From contig JBDOQK010000033.1 in NCBI GenBank assembly GCA_040437565.1, positions 310,001 through 374,000 on the forward strand: a stretch of DNA of 64,000 bases. The letters are read 5' to 3'. This DNA comes from Albugo candida (Eukaryota). Within the stretch, counting starts at the first letter, position 1. Every line of letters starts with the position of its first letter. The notes under the pieces were generated by a model. That model worked only from the letters and a program-made list of their open reading frames with translations, searched no databases and was not told where the DNA came from. Both the position numbers and the translations under genes were made by a program. This document shows positions 26,201-36,899 of this stretch, one piece after another.

Positions 26201-27985
26201 TCAATCCACATCTGTAGCATCACGACCAGACGTATCCATATCGCGCTTTGACTTGACTTCAGCAATACCAAACGAAGAATCTACATCAAGGGCAAGTGTC
26301 TGCTGAAACTCATGATTGTATGGCGTCTGCGGGCCGGCTTTCATCTTGTCTTTGCAAGGCGGACAAACTGGATATTTCATCTGATATTCTACCATCCATA
26401 CATACTGCTTTGTCACGGAGAGAACTACAACGTTTCTCATGCGTGTGAGACATTTGAAGCAAAGTCTCAAGTCGTTCTTATTGTTCGTGTCTTCGCCCGT
26501 CCAATTGTAAAGAGTCACCTTTGCTTCAACAGGGCTGGTCTCGCTATAATCGCTGGATAATGTACTCGCCATGTTTTCATTTGAACGCAAATTCAAATCG
26601 CTGTTCATCTTGATGCAGTCTAATTCATAAAGGCATACTATATCCGGCACAAGGTTCGCTTCTACGCAGTGATAATTTCGAAATAAATGGAACTCCTGAT
26701 TAAAGCTACCCTTTGCGTTTCCAGATAATGATACTAAGAATGCGATGGACGAAAGTTTCAGGGTTAAATATTTCGAAAATAATGCGTGGCATTTGGACTC
26801 TTCGTTGAGTGCATGTTGTATCAGAAAACACTCGTGTTGATGATTCGACACACGATTGCCATTCTTTGCACTTTCGTTCCCAATCATTGTTGCAAAAATA
26901 TCATGCGTAGGTGTCAAAGTGTCCACATGGTCAGCACCCAACATGCAGTGATCATCAAACTCCACTTCTCCACATCCCTTTTTGCAATTTGAATCAGCGG
27001 GGTCGAAATTTTCGGCGAAAAGATAAATCAGAAATTTCCCAATTCCAGGCTTTCCGAACGTTTGGATTTGATCGAGTACAACCATTCCTCCAAATTGTTT
27101 CCGTAAGCAGCTCCAGCAATTCACGCTATCAAGATGCGGATTTGTTGTTGAAATACAGTAGGAGTGAAGCAGAATGTTGCGTAGAACGACCTCGGAGCTT
27201 AGTGCATAATTGTACCGGCGTAGGGGTGAAGGCCAAATCTTATATTCATCACCAACCGTATCCATTGGAGGAAGCATATCAACGTTTTCTTGCTGGAATT
27301 TTGTGGGTGCTATCTTGTGTCGGAAAATCTTGCAAAGGTTTTCTGAGAACTCAATGGTTTCTCCTCTGCACATTTGAAATCTGTGACACGATCTGACAAA
27401 TTTGTCAGTATCCGATGCGTACACTACATATATATGACCCATTCTCATATTGAAAATAGCGTATTTTTCTATGCTGCCGGTGACACTTTTTGCTTTGAAA
27501 CATGCTTCACACAACGAGGAATAAAATACGTTGGGCCTGTAAAGGCACAGCGGTTTGAAATCCTGTGTTATGAGCATTGAACTTGTCGGCATTATTGGGA
27601 GAGGGGTCCTTGCTTTTTTCAGAGAATCGATCGGGTATGATGGTAGCTGCTTCACATTATTAGGCACAAATATTGATCGCTCCCATTCATTACTTAGCAA
27701 CACGACTGGGATGGAATTGAATCTTCGGCATCGCTCCATAGTGCAGCAAGTGATTAGATTTGTTTTGATATAATCTATCAATCCCAGTACCACGTAGCTT
27801 GTGAATTTACTTCCTCCTCCGTCAACTTCTTCGACTTGAATTGCTCCCGCGTCTCTTAATAAGCATTTCTGACAACTTTCGAAGTTTTTTGTCTGCGCGG
27901 TGATTTTTATCGATCCAAATGGAGCAGCGTAAAATCCACAAAAACGATAGAGTATGGCTATGCAAATGATCCTGCTAGACCTCAT
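26201..27985 (-). CDS. CCG (CX2CX5G) class secreted effector-like protein, 594 aa
   Basis: Longest ORF, intronless. Signal-peptide-like MRSSRIICIAILYRFCGFYAA followed by CQKCLLRDAG at residues 38-47 (27874-27845), which is the Albugo CCG signature. Further CxxC modules follow. The start at 27985 is inferred. Confidence 0.85.
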   Translation of the reverse strand: MRSSRIICIAILYRFCGFYAAPFGSIKITAQTKNFESCQKCLLRDAGAIQVEEVDGGGSKFTSYVVLGLIDYIKTNLITCCTMERCRRFNSIPVVLLSNEWERSIFVPNNVKQLPSYPIDSLKKARTPLPIMPTSSMLITQDFKPLCLYRPNVFYSSLCEACFKAKSVTGSIEKYAIFNMRMGHIYVVYASDTDKFVRSCHRFQMCRGETIEFSENLCKIFRHKIAPTKFQQENVDMLPPMDTVGDEYKIWPSPLRRYNYALSSEVVLRNILLHSYCISTTNPHLDSVNCWSCLRKQFGGMVVLDQIQTFGKPGIGKFLIYLFAENFDPADSNCKKGCGEVEFDDHCMLGADHVDTLTPTHDIFATMIGNESAKNGNRVSNHQHECFLIQHALNEESKCHALFSKYLTLKLSSIAFLVSLSGNAKGSFNQEFHLFRNYHCVEANLVPDIVCLYELDCIKMNSDLNLRSNENMASTLSSDYSETSPVEAKVTLYNWTGEDTNNKNDLRLCFKCLTRMRNVVVLSVTKQYVWMVEYQMKYPVCPPCKDKMKAGPQTPYNHEFQQTLALDVDSSFGIAEVKSKRDMDTSGRDATDVD

Positions 27986-29499
27986 TATGACAATTTCAAT
28001 TATGAACAAAATGACTCCAATGCCAGCAAATGGTGCCTGCAAATGCATAATATAGTAAAGTATAGAATGCATTGTGAAAGGTTCATACAATTACATAGCG
28101 TTCGTCACTTCAAAAGCTGATTAGATGTAGGCATCACCAGTGTCATTATTATTTTCCCATGTAGTGCACGTTTCGAATTTCTCATAATCGTAAAAATAGA
28201 AGAAACGGCGGTATCAAAAAATGTGCTGAGATGAGCGGTGACACGATTGAATCATTTTCTGGGTTCGATCTTATGTGAGAAAGGGTAGTTATGTAGCTTT
28301 TTTGGCAGACACTTTGTGTCTGTTCGATGGTTTAGGTTTGTATAATTTGATCAATCTGCCAGCATTGACCCATTGGGTTGAATGTAAAATAGTGTTATGT
28401 GGCTAAATAGTTGGAGAGGGTGCGTATCATAGTCGCAAGGTACCGAGATCAAGGGAATGAAAATTTGTGGGGTGCAAACTTTACGTGATATGTGAATTCC
28501 GTTCCTTGCTTTTCTTCAGCAGAGTAGAAATCTCTCTCAAAACGTTCTATTGCTGCTTCATGCTGCAAAGAACTTCTTGTTAAAAATGCGGATGCTCGTC
28601 TTGATCAACGCTGTGAGTTGCATTATAGCACGCTTTATAGACTTTTGAGTTATGATCGCTAAGTAGTTTGGCAAGAAGTAATCTACTTTTCAAATTGGGC
28701 TGGAGAGTGCCACATACCATTTGTTATGAATTTTGTAGGACGGGTGTTGAGCAGACCAATAATAAATGTGAAAACAAGGTCCCTATTGATTGCATGATCA
28801 CCACGCTTTGGTATATTATGTGTCTCAACGACGACTTTTGTTTGCGGAAATGGATTTGGATAGGTATGATTATTATCTAGTCGCGGCGCAGTAAAAAATC
28901 CGTACGATTTGCTCCATTTATATGAGCCCTGATCAATTGGATGGTAATTACTTCACGGAAAGAGTAATCACGTGAAGCGTCTCCTACCCGTCGAAAAAGG
29001 TCCGATACAAGTATCTATAAGTGCTTACAAACAATCCAGGCTTTTTGGAGGAAACTAAGTTATGCATGAGGATCTTCGCATTGTGGATGTCTCATGAGGG
29101 ATCAACATAACCGAGCTAATATATTAATCGCCCTAAGAGAGAAAACGACCTGGAGGGTATGTGTCTCCGTTTCTTGCATAAAGTAACATCGTGGCCAGTT
29201 GGTGTAAATTGTGAATCGAACCCCACTTAATGTAGGGCTTGATTAATGATGAAGCGTTCGGATAGCAATCATTCCAATTGTGATTGTAGTTGGCGTATTC
29301 CAGCAGATATGTCATCTACTTTCATTCTCTGAAGCCTATCTCATTTGAATCTTGTCTGGACTTTGTTGCCATGTGTTGAATCACATCATGCTGGTCCGTT
29401 TCCTCGCGTAATTCAAGCTTCATTCATAAAAAATCATATTCGAGGAAGAGTCAGAAAATGAGTAAAAGCTTAATCTTACTTTTCCACGTGCAGTCGTAT

Positions 29500-30700
29500 C
29501 GTACACTGTTCTGGTAAATGCGGTCTGTCAGTTTGCTCAATTTGCTCAATTCACTGCGCTTCACTTGCTACACATATCACGAAATTTCGCTTAAAACAAC
29601 TCCAATCTCATCACTATCAACGTACTGTACCGAGAATAAAAAAATGCTTGTGATATTCTTCATCATCAATCGCTCCACCGCGCTACTTGTCTTTCATGGT
29701 GTAAACTGATTGACTTGTGTGATATGACATGTAGAGTGGTAGAGACTACAATCCAAACGATCGTAAGAAATCCGCACCATCATGTGTGGCAGCTCGTCTT
29801 CATAAGCGCATATCGTCCAAAATTAATCCATCGTTAGCAATCAATGCTATAACAAATGATTCGTGACGTCGTTGGCAACTACAATTTCGCGCTCCAAGAA
29901 AAACACAAAGCAAAAACGAACGACCATGCCACTGACAGACTGACAATCTCAATATTGCAGGCAGGCGCATGAGGCGTTCAACGCTAAGACAGCGAATTTA
30001 AAAGGCTGCAAGCAGTGAGGTCGAAATGATCTGTCCGCTGCTTATTTGAGGAATTGACTGACGTGAGCTTAATGCATCAAGAAGAGAATATTTCGAATTT
30101 TTTGACCAACCAGCAATTAATGTTCCACAGATTCCTAATGAAACTTGGTACATGACGATGGAACGGGTACAGCACCGCGTGTCGCCATTAACACCTTGAC
30201 GTGATGTTTCCAAACAGTATGTGTGTAAAAGCGCCAAAGACCGGACCGCAATGTCTGTAACGTTGGAACAAGCGCGACACATATGTAAACGAAATACGTG
30301 AAGTGTATTAAGCCGTCTCGTGACAAGGAAGCTGCTCAGTAAATACCAGCAATCATTCCTCCTGGTTGAGAAGCTCCTTAAGACNNNNNNNNNNNNNNNN
30401 NNNNNNNNNNNNNNNNNNNNNNNNNNNNNNNNNNNNNNNNNNNNNNNNNNNNNNNNNNNNNNNNNNNNNNNNNNNNNNNNNNNNGTAAAAGCGCCAAAGA
30501 CCGGACCGCAATGTCTGTAACGTTGGAACAAGCGCGACACATATGTAAACGAAATACGTGAAGTGTATTAAGCCGTCTCGTGACAAGGAAGCTGCTCAGT
30601 AAATACCAGCAATCATTCCTCCTGGTTGAGAAGCTCCTTAAGACAAGCACCGTCAAGGAGATAGTTTGACTAGACTGACGATCATACCTACCGTGAGTCA
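29500..30700 (+). pseudogene. Inositol polyphosphate 4-phosphatase (INPP4-type) pseudogene fragment
   Basis: 30224-30274 encodes CKSAKDRTAMSVTLEQA, the CX5R catalytic signature of type I/II inositol 4-phosphatases, flanked by in-frame stops. Boundaries are approximate. Confidence 0.8.
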
Positions 30701-31485
30701 CAGCATCGCTGTAAGTATCTTATTACTTAGGCGTGTTCTGCAACCTGGTGATAAATTCGCACTGATCGATAAATCCCAAGGTAGACACCCAGACCAGGAT
30801 CTCTTAGGGCTATAAAAGCTTAAAGTGAATAACCGAGGTAGATTCTGCATCTAGCGATAAGAAAGTGTTCTCTTTTGGACAAATTAATGTCATGCTTGAT
30901 CAGCGTACATATTTTACAATAAGGTAATCAGTTCTTGGCGTTATCACTCGTAAAACGCCACATGAGGCACGAATGTAGTGCAAAAACCACGATGCCAATT
31001 TGTATTTTTATGAGATAATGTATTGGGTGTTCCACAAGTCGCGCGTTATGTCATGCCAAAGTTATATTCAAAAAGCAAATTGCATCTGATTAAGTAGCCG
31101 TGAAATTTGACTGATACACTTGAAGTATTCCAACTTGAGAGACAGTAAAGTCTTCGGTGTATCTACTGTTGAGATGTCACTTCTCTCTGCTGTGCCACGA
31201 TTCACGTTTCCTTAGGACACTGATTATGAGATAGTACTGAATAACACTTCCGTCCATTGCTTGTGCAACTCCACTGAAGCAATCAATCCATGGAAGGCCA
31301 CGAATATTCTCTGACTCGTATCTATTACGTAAATCCGTTGAGTTTCTCCAGAATCAGTCGAGATTATCCGCTTTTTCTTTAGGATGTTTATATCCTCACA
31401 ACTAAAAATTGGTATTCCCACAGCTTTTTTTTGTATTACATTTTTATTTCACAAATTACATTTCTGTGTGGCCGTCAGGCGAGTG

Positions 31486-31728
31486 TTTCAAGGATTTCAT
31501 TACACTGTTTATCTGGTTCTTTAACTGCCTTCTTTATCCTATCATGAGGCCCTGACCGTGTGAATATCACTTAAGTCTGACTTCAAGCCTAGGGAGGCAG
31601 ATATTTTCCAAGCTTACTGCTTGTGTGGGCTCAAACCGCTGCCCACACTGCCGGGGATCGAACCAACGACCTCCAGCAGGGGGTCCGTGCGCTCAAGTGC
31701 ATAACCGACTGAGCTGGGTACGGACCCC
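31486..31728 (-). mobile_element. tRNA-related SINE, copy 2
   Basis: Reverse complement begins GGGGTCCGTACCCAGCTCAGTCGG...GGTTCGATCCCCGGCAG and ends CAGTGTAATGAAATCCTTGAAA. A perfect 18-bp TSD surrounds the composite insertion. Confidence 0.88.
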
Positions 31729-32316
31729 GTCGGGGCGCTTAGTTGAAGTTGTCTAGATTACTAGAATTAGACGTAAATGACTTCTCTAATGCCTAAACTA
31801 CAATAAATAAACAAAATGAATGCTATGTTGGCCTAGAAAGCCGCAGCGAGGCTCAGCGACTGAACTAAGATAGTACTGAGTTAGAAACACCCCGCATCAC
31901 CGACTGAGCAATGTTGACGGTGTCGAACTTGAAGCAGGCTGGGCCGAGTAGAGAAATACCTCCTGGCTGAACCAGTGTGTTGATAAGACGTTAATACTTG
32001 TGTCAACTGCTCGAGCTGCTCCGTATCATAACACTGCCGTTGAAAATATCGGATATGGNNNNNNNNNNNNNNNNNNNNNNNNNNNNNNNNNNNNNNNNNN
32101 NNNNNNNNNNNNNNNNNNNNNNNNNNNNNNNNNNNNNNNNNNNNNNNNNNNNNNNNNNGTCAAGACCGCTGGCAACTACACCAGAAAATAACTGTACAGG
32201 AGTTGGACCGGGCTCTTCAGAGCGTTACATACTAGTGATTAGAATAGAGTAGATAACCACCAAACTGTACTAACAGAACGGTGTCTAAATAAAAGTACTA
32301 CGGGCGAACACTCTTA
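31729..32316 (-). mobile_element. LINE copy nested in the SINE head (most of it hidden in the N gap)
   Basis: HIRYFQRQCYDTEQL...SLLQVRHR matches the ORF2 C-terminus at 13718-13930 (HVRYFRRQCYDQEE...SLLRVRHR). Shared 3' end AGAGAAGTCA..TCTAATTCTAGTAAT.TAGACA.CTTCAACT. Flanked by duplicated SINE 5' sequence. Confidence 0.85.
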
Positions 32317-32586
32317 ACTGATCTGGGTACGGAACCCCTAGTGGCCGTCAGGCGAGTGCTCTAGGAAGCTGCGGTTGCTGCTCCAGATTCATCTTTGGTA
32401 TCTTCAGGTGCTTTAAGCGACTCTTTATGTGGCTGAATTGCTGCGTTTTCATCGATGTGTCTATACATAACTCGCATACACAAAAGAAGATTAGCTATAT
32501 ACTGAAACGATAGAAAGTTTAATCAGAATCGGAATCGGTGCAACTAATTTTTGATGCCACACAAAGATGTAATTAAATTAAAAAAA

Positions 32587-33367
32587 AGGAATCGTTATGC
32601 AGCCACCACCTTTTCTGTGACCAGCCTACAGCCTTCATAAATCAATAGTATATTGGCTTCTGTTTGGTTTGAATAAATATAGCAGAATGAATAAATTAAA
32701 TTAAGGGAATCGTTATTCAGCCCCCATGTGGCCTCTAATTGGTCTGAAGAAGTGCAACGAAATAAATAAAAAACATATGAATCACACTGTTACCTCCTGC
32801 AACTTCAATTTACTTTTAGGCTTGTTGACATCTAGAATGGGCTATCCTTTCGCCCATGCTTTTTTCAACAAGTAATGCTGCTGTCTTTAATGATTTGATC
32901 AGCTTTGGTGGCTGGTACAGCTAATGCCAATTCGAATTGAGGCTGAGACGATGCCAATTGGAACTGAAAAAGCACTGAAGAGAATGACTGATGAGTATGA
33001 GAATGCTTGCAATCATCGTAAGCGTGTGCTGTAAGACTATATCTTGGGAGTCCCATAGACATAATTTCGCGATCCTGCGCAAGTGCGCACGCGTGGTAGG
33101 CCGTCGAGCTCAGCGCAGCGACTTTCATCGAAGTTTGATCATTTCACTTCCTCTTCGGATGCTCTTTTGTATCGCCGGAGATGTCGGAAATACCAAAAGA
33201 CAGGTCAAAATGCAAGAACCTGCCGTCAAGAAGCACCAACAGCACTACAACACAAGCAGCAATAGATCTAGATATAGACCTAGATTAAGTCCGACCAACC
33301 TGAGGCCGCGATTTACATCAATTTAAGGAGGTTGAGGGCTTAATAACGATTCCCGTGATTTAATTTT
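32587..33367 (+). mobile_element. MULE derivative A (long subterminally repeated TIR and transposase C-terminal remnant), right arm interrupted
   Basis: Starts (A)GGAATCGTTATGCAGCC. Encodes RDPAQVRTRGRPSSSAQRLSSKFDH...RRCRKYQKTGQNARTC, the GRP plus zinc-knuckle tail typical of MULE transposases. Confidence 0.75.
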
Positions 33368-34352
33368 GGGAATCCTTTTTCAGCACTCACCTTTTCTTTG
33401 ATCAGAACTCAGCCTCCATAATTAATGGCAATTGTGACCTCTGATTGGTTTAAACAAATATAAGAGAACAAATAAAAACAAATGACGGGAATTGTTTAAT
33501 CAGCCCCCACCCCTCATAAAATTATGAAAAATTTGGCTTCTGATTGGTCTGAATAAAGGCAACGAAATGAGAACAATCAAATGGAAAAGCTTTTTTTTAT
33601 GCAAATTTTGTACTACTTATTCTAAGTCTGTATCTAAATGTACTGCTGCAAGTGTTGCTGGTGCTGTTGGTGCTGGTGTTGCTTCTTGACGGCAGGTTCT
33701 TGCATTGTGACCTGTCTTTTGGCATTTCGGCATCTCCGGCGATGCAAAAGAGCATCCGAAGCAGAAGTGACATGCTCAAACTTGGATGGAAGTCGCTGCG
33801 CTGAGCTCGATGGCCTACCACGCGTGCGCATTTGCGCAGGATCCCGAATTTTTATCTATGGGACTGGCGGAATATAGTCTTACTGCACACGCTTACGATG
33901 ATTGCAAGAATCCTCATACTCATCAGTAATTCTCTTCACTGCTTTCTCAATTCCAATTGGCATGGTCCCAGCCTTAATATGAACTGGCATTGGCTGTACC
34001 AGCCACGACTGCTGATCAACATCATTAACAGACAGCGGTATTAATTGATAACGAATAGCATGGGTGCAAGAATAGCCCATTGAAAATGTCAACAAGCCTA
34101 CTGGTAAATTGAAGTTGCCGGAGACAACAGTGTCATTTATACTTTTTTATTTATTCCGTTGCATCTATTCGGATCAATCAGAGGCTACAAGTGCCATTAA
34201 TTTGTGGAGGGTGGGAGCTGAACAACGATTCCCGTAATTTTGATTTTTTTATTCTGTTATACTTATTTTAACCAATGAAAAGCCACTAAGCTATTAACCT
34301 ATGGAGGCTGAGTGCTGATGGAAGAAAAGGGGAGTGCTGAATAACGATTCCC
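33368..34352 (-). mobile_element. MULE derivative B with ~220-bp imperfect TIRs and 9-bp TSD
   Basis: Ends GGGAATCC... / ...AACGATTCCC. TSD TTTAATTTT / TTTTATTTT. The internal part is a diverged reverse complement of element A. Confidence 0.8.
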
Positions 34353-34362
34353 TTTTATTTTA

Positions 34363-34708
34363 GGGAACCGTTAAAATCCCCTCGGTTTGATCGAGACGAT
34401 TCGATATGATTAGCTAATTCCGGAGACTTAGAATTCAACCATATCGACTGCGAAAAAGGCTATCATTCTCGTCCGGAAACTATCTTTAAAGACCAAGTTT
34501 ATAGAATATAAGTTTTTTATGTCATGAAATGACCCGTACACAGTTAAATATTGGATCTCAGTTTACAGAATAGAATATTTTTGTGTTATCAACAAACCAT
34601 GAACTACGAAATAGTCTAACAACAATGAGCTACGCGAACAAACGCGAACGCTAACTGAACGCAAGACTGAGCGCAAAATAGTTCACGTCGAAAAGTAGTG
34701 GACAGTGG
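34363..34708 (+). mobile_element. MITE copy (left part), truncated at LINE sequence
   Basis: Begins GGGAACCGTTAAAATCCCCTCGGTTTGAT; colinear with 41757-42103. Confidence 0.85.
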
Positions 34709-35330
34709 TATCTCCATTAATCATCAACTGTGCCTTTGTTTTATTGTATAAAAGACGAACCCAGTCGATGAAACTTTTTCCAACGCCCATTTGTTCCAAA
34801 ACGCGAAACATGTACGTCCAATTGACTCGATCATAAGATTTCTCAAAGTCGAGAAAAGTCGCATAAGCTTCCTCCCCACGATGAGTGACCAAGTCTTGNN
34901 NNNNNNNNNNNNNNNNNNNNNNNNNNNNNNNNNNNNNNNNNNNNNNNNNNNNNNNNNNNNNNNNNNNNNNNNNNNNNNNNNNNNNNNNNNNNNNNNNNTG
35001 TGACGAGGCAACGGCAGTACCACATGTACCACCGGTACTGCATCCTACACCGGTAGTACCGGTATTACCCTGTACCGTCACACTGGGGTGGGGGTACTTT
35101 CCACGTCATCACATAGGGGTGATGACTCATCAACAATCATGCAGTCACCCAAAACAGGGTGACTCATGAGGGTTGCCACGTCACTACAAGTGGACGCTAG
35201 AACACTGGGTTGTGTCGATATGTCGACTTGAACCATTGTTTTCGAGAGGAAGGAGTTGAAAAAAGTTGTTTTTTCGAGTTGTTTTTCCTAAATTGGCGGG
35301 TTATTTAGTAGCCGGCAAATTGAGAAGTTG
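34709..35330 (-). mobile_element. LINE copy (5' end and RT fragment either side of an N gap)
   Basis: ATFLDFEKSYDRVNWTYMFRVLEQMG is a non-LTR RT motif. 35000-35330 is similar to the LINE 5' region 17495-17750. Confidence 0.88.
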
Positions 35331-35988
35331 TTAGGTACCCCATATATAGTGTTTCAAGGTAGGAAGTATTCCTTTCCGTCAAACATCACCGGTATCTCTC
35401 AGTACCTCAGATTTAGACGGTCTACCAAAGTGTTCTGGAAGCCTCCTTCCCATGCTTTGTGTAAAAGGGCTTGCTGAGGAAAATTGAGACCTTTGCATTG
35501 CTGTACGTTTAAGCTGTAAAGACGAAGAAATGTATGTCGGTCACTTGTAACCTTCAAAAGAATAGAAGGAGGTTTGGGTGCAGAAAGCGCTCATGAGTAA
35601 TACATCGAGTTTCCTTCTTCCTGTCGAAGTACTACCGAACGACTGCGGACTGTGCAGAACTCGATACAAATGCTCAAGTCGCTACTGATTACTTTGTACT
35701 TGTCTTTCTTGTAGTGGCTGCTCGCTAATCATGAAAACGTTATTTGAAGTCCGAGTACTAGTTGAGAAAGCATTCAATAGCGCGTATGATTGAACCCAGT
35801 AGTCAGTGTGCAGAGTAAATCGATCATGGAACCTTCTGAGTAAGACAAAAAGCCATCAGTCCGTTACGATTGAGAAACCACCAGACGATGCGATCGCTAG
35901 ATAGTCTTCGAATTCAGAAAAATATCTCGTTTCAACGATCAAGGTCATGACAGACGACACAATGATTAAATAATTCGCTTAATAAATA

Positions 35989-36368
35989 TCAATTAAGACT
36001 TCGGATTTCTGAGACTTTGTTGTACGAATTCACCAATACAAGATCCTCTTGAACGCCTTGACCAAAAATGTGCATTTCGGTGAGATTATTCGAGGCTTGA
36101 CGGAATTCACGATCGGCAGCTTGCGAATAGTATTGATATACAACATGATAATCTCGCTCGACTCCGTCTCCACGACAGAACATGAAGATCAAATCGTAAA
36201 ATGCATCGACACTTCCAGCAATGGCAGCTTCGTTGTACGATCTTTGCGTAGCGTCTAGATCCTTTTTGTACGGATCCGATGGTAATATATCGGCCAAGCA
36301 GAAAAAGAGCATCGGCTTTCTCCAAGCAACTGTGGATCCAAATACTGTCGTCTTTTAAGAGTATCGAC
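35989..36368 (-). pseudogene. Sel1-like repeat protein fragment
   Basis: YNEAAIAGSVDAFYDLIFMFCRGDGVERDY...YSQAADR...NNLTEMHIFGQGVQEDL: two degenerate Sel1 repeats, frameshifted upstream. Confidence 0.75.
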
Positions 36369-36899
36369 NNNNNNNNNNNNNNNNNNNNNNNNNNNNNNNN
36401 NNNNNNNNNNNNNNNNNNNNNNNNNNNNNNNNNNNNNNNNNNNNNNNNNNNNNNNNNNNNNNNNNNNNTGTGATACGTCTTTATCCAATCCAGCTGAATT
36501 CCCACTACTTGAACGGTGTCATGTAGCGATCAAGAACATTGGAGTTGTAGTCATTTTGTAGCAAACGTAACTCGTTGTGACATGAATGCAATTGGCAGCG
36601 ACATGCAAGATCGACCCAGGGATTTGAAATGACTGACCGCGCTATTAATGGCGTCTTCATCGTCGAACACGAAATCTCTACTCAATCGCAGTCGCAAAGT
36701 TCCACGATCATTCAATTCTGCGATACTTTCCAGTGATATTGCGGTTGATCGAGAGCTTTCGTCGGAGGAGTCATCGGACATTGGGTCTGAACTTCCTTGC
36801 CTTGCACGAATGAGCTTGGGATCGTTCGAAGATGCCTCGTCTTTCAACTTCAGAAGCTGACTAACTCTATCAGTTTGTGTGTTGCCGCTCGATGAATTG

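Larger units (their letters stand above)
31224..32555 (-). pseudogene. Small putatively secreted protein, copy 2, interrupted by a SINE plus nested LINE
   Basis: Paralog of 1860-2216 (QPHKESLKAPEDTKDES / FSCEDINILKKK). Split by an insertion bounded by the 18-bp duplication GTGGCCGTCAGGCGAGTG (31468-31485, 32341-32358). Confidence 0.6.

Noticed and set aside
32987-33015. Hammerhead ribozyme core CTGATGAG followed by a short stem (also ~12967)
   Set aside because: No GAAA after stem II, and the sequence is explained as MULE transposase coding (TDEYE).
33640-33685. Poly-Gln/His protein (also 12605-12640)
   Set aside because: A CAG/CAC-type microsatellite carried inside the MULE derivatives.
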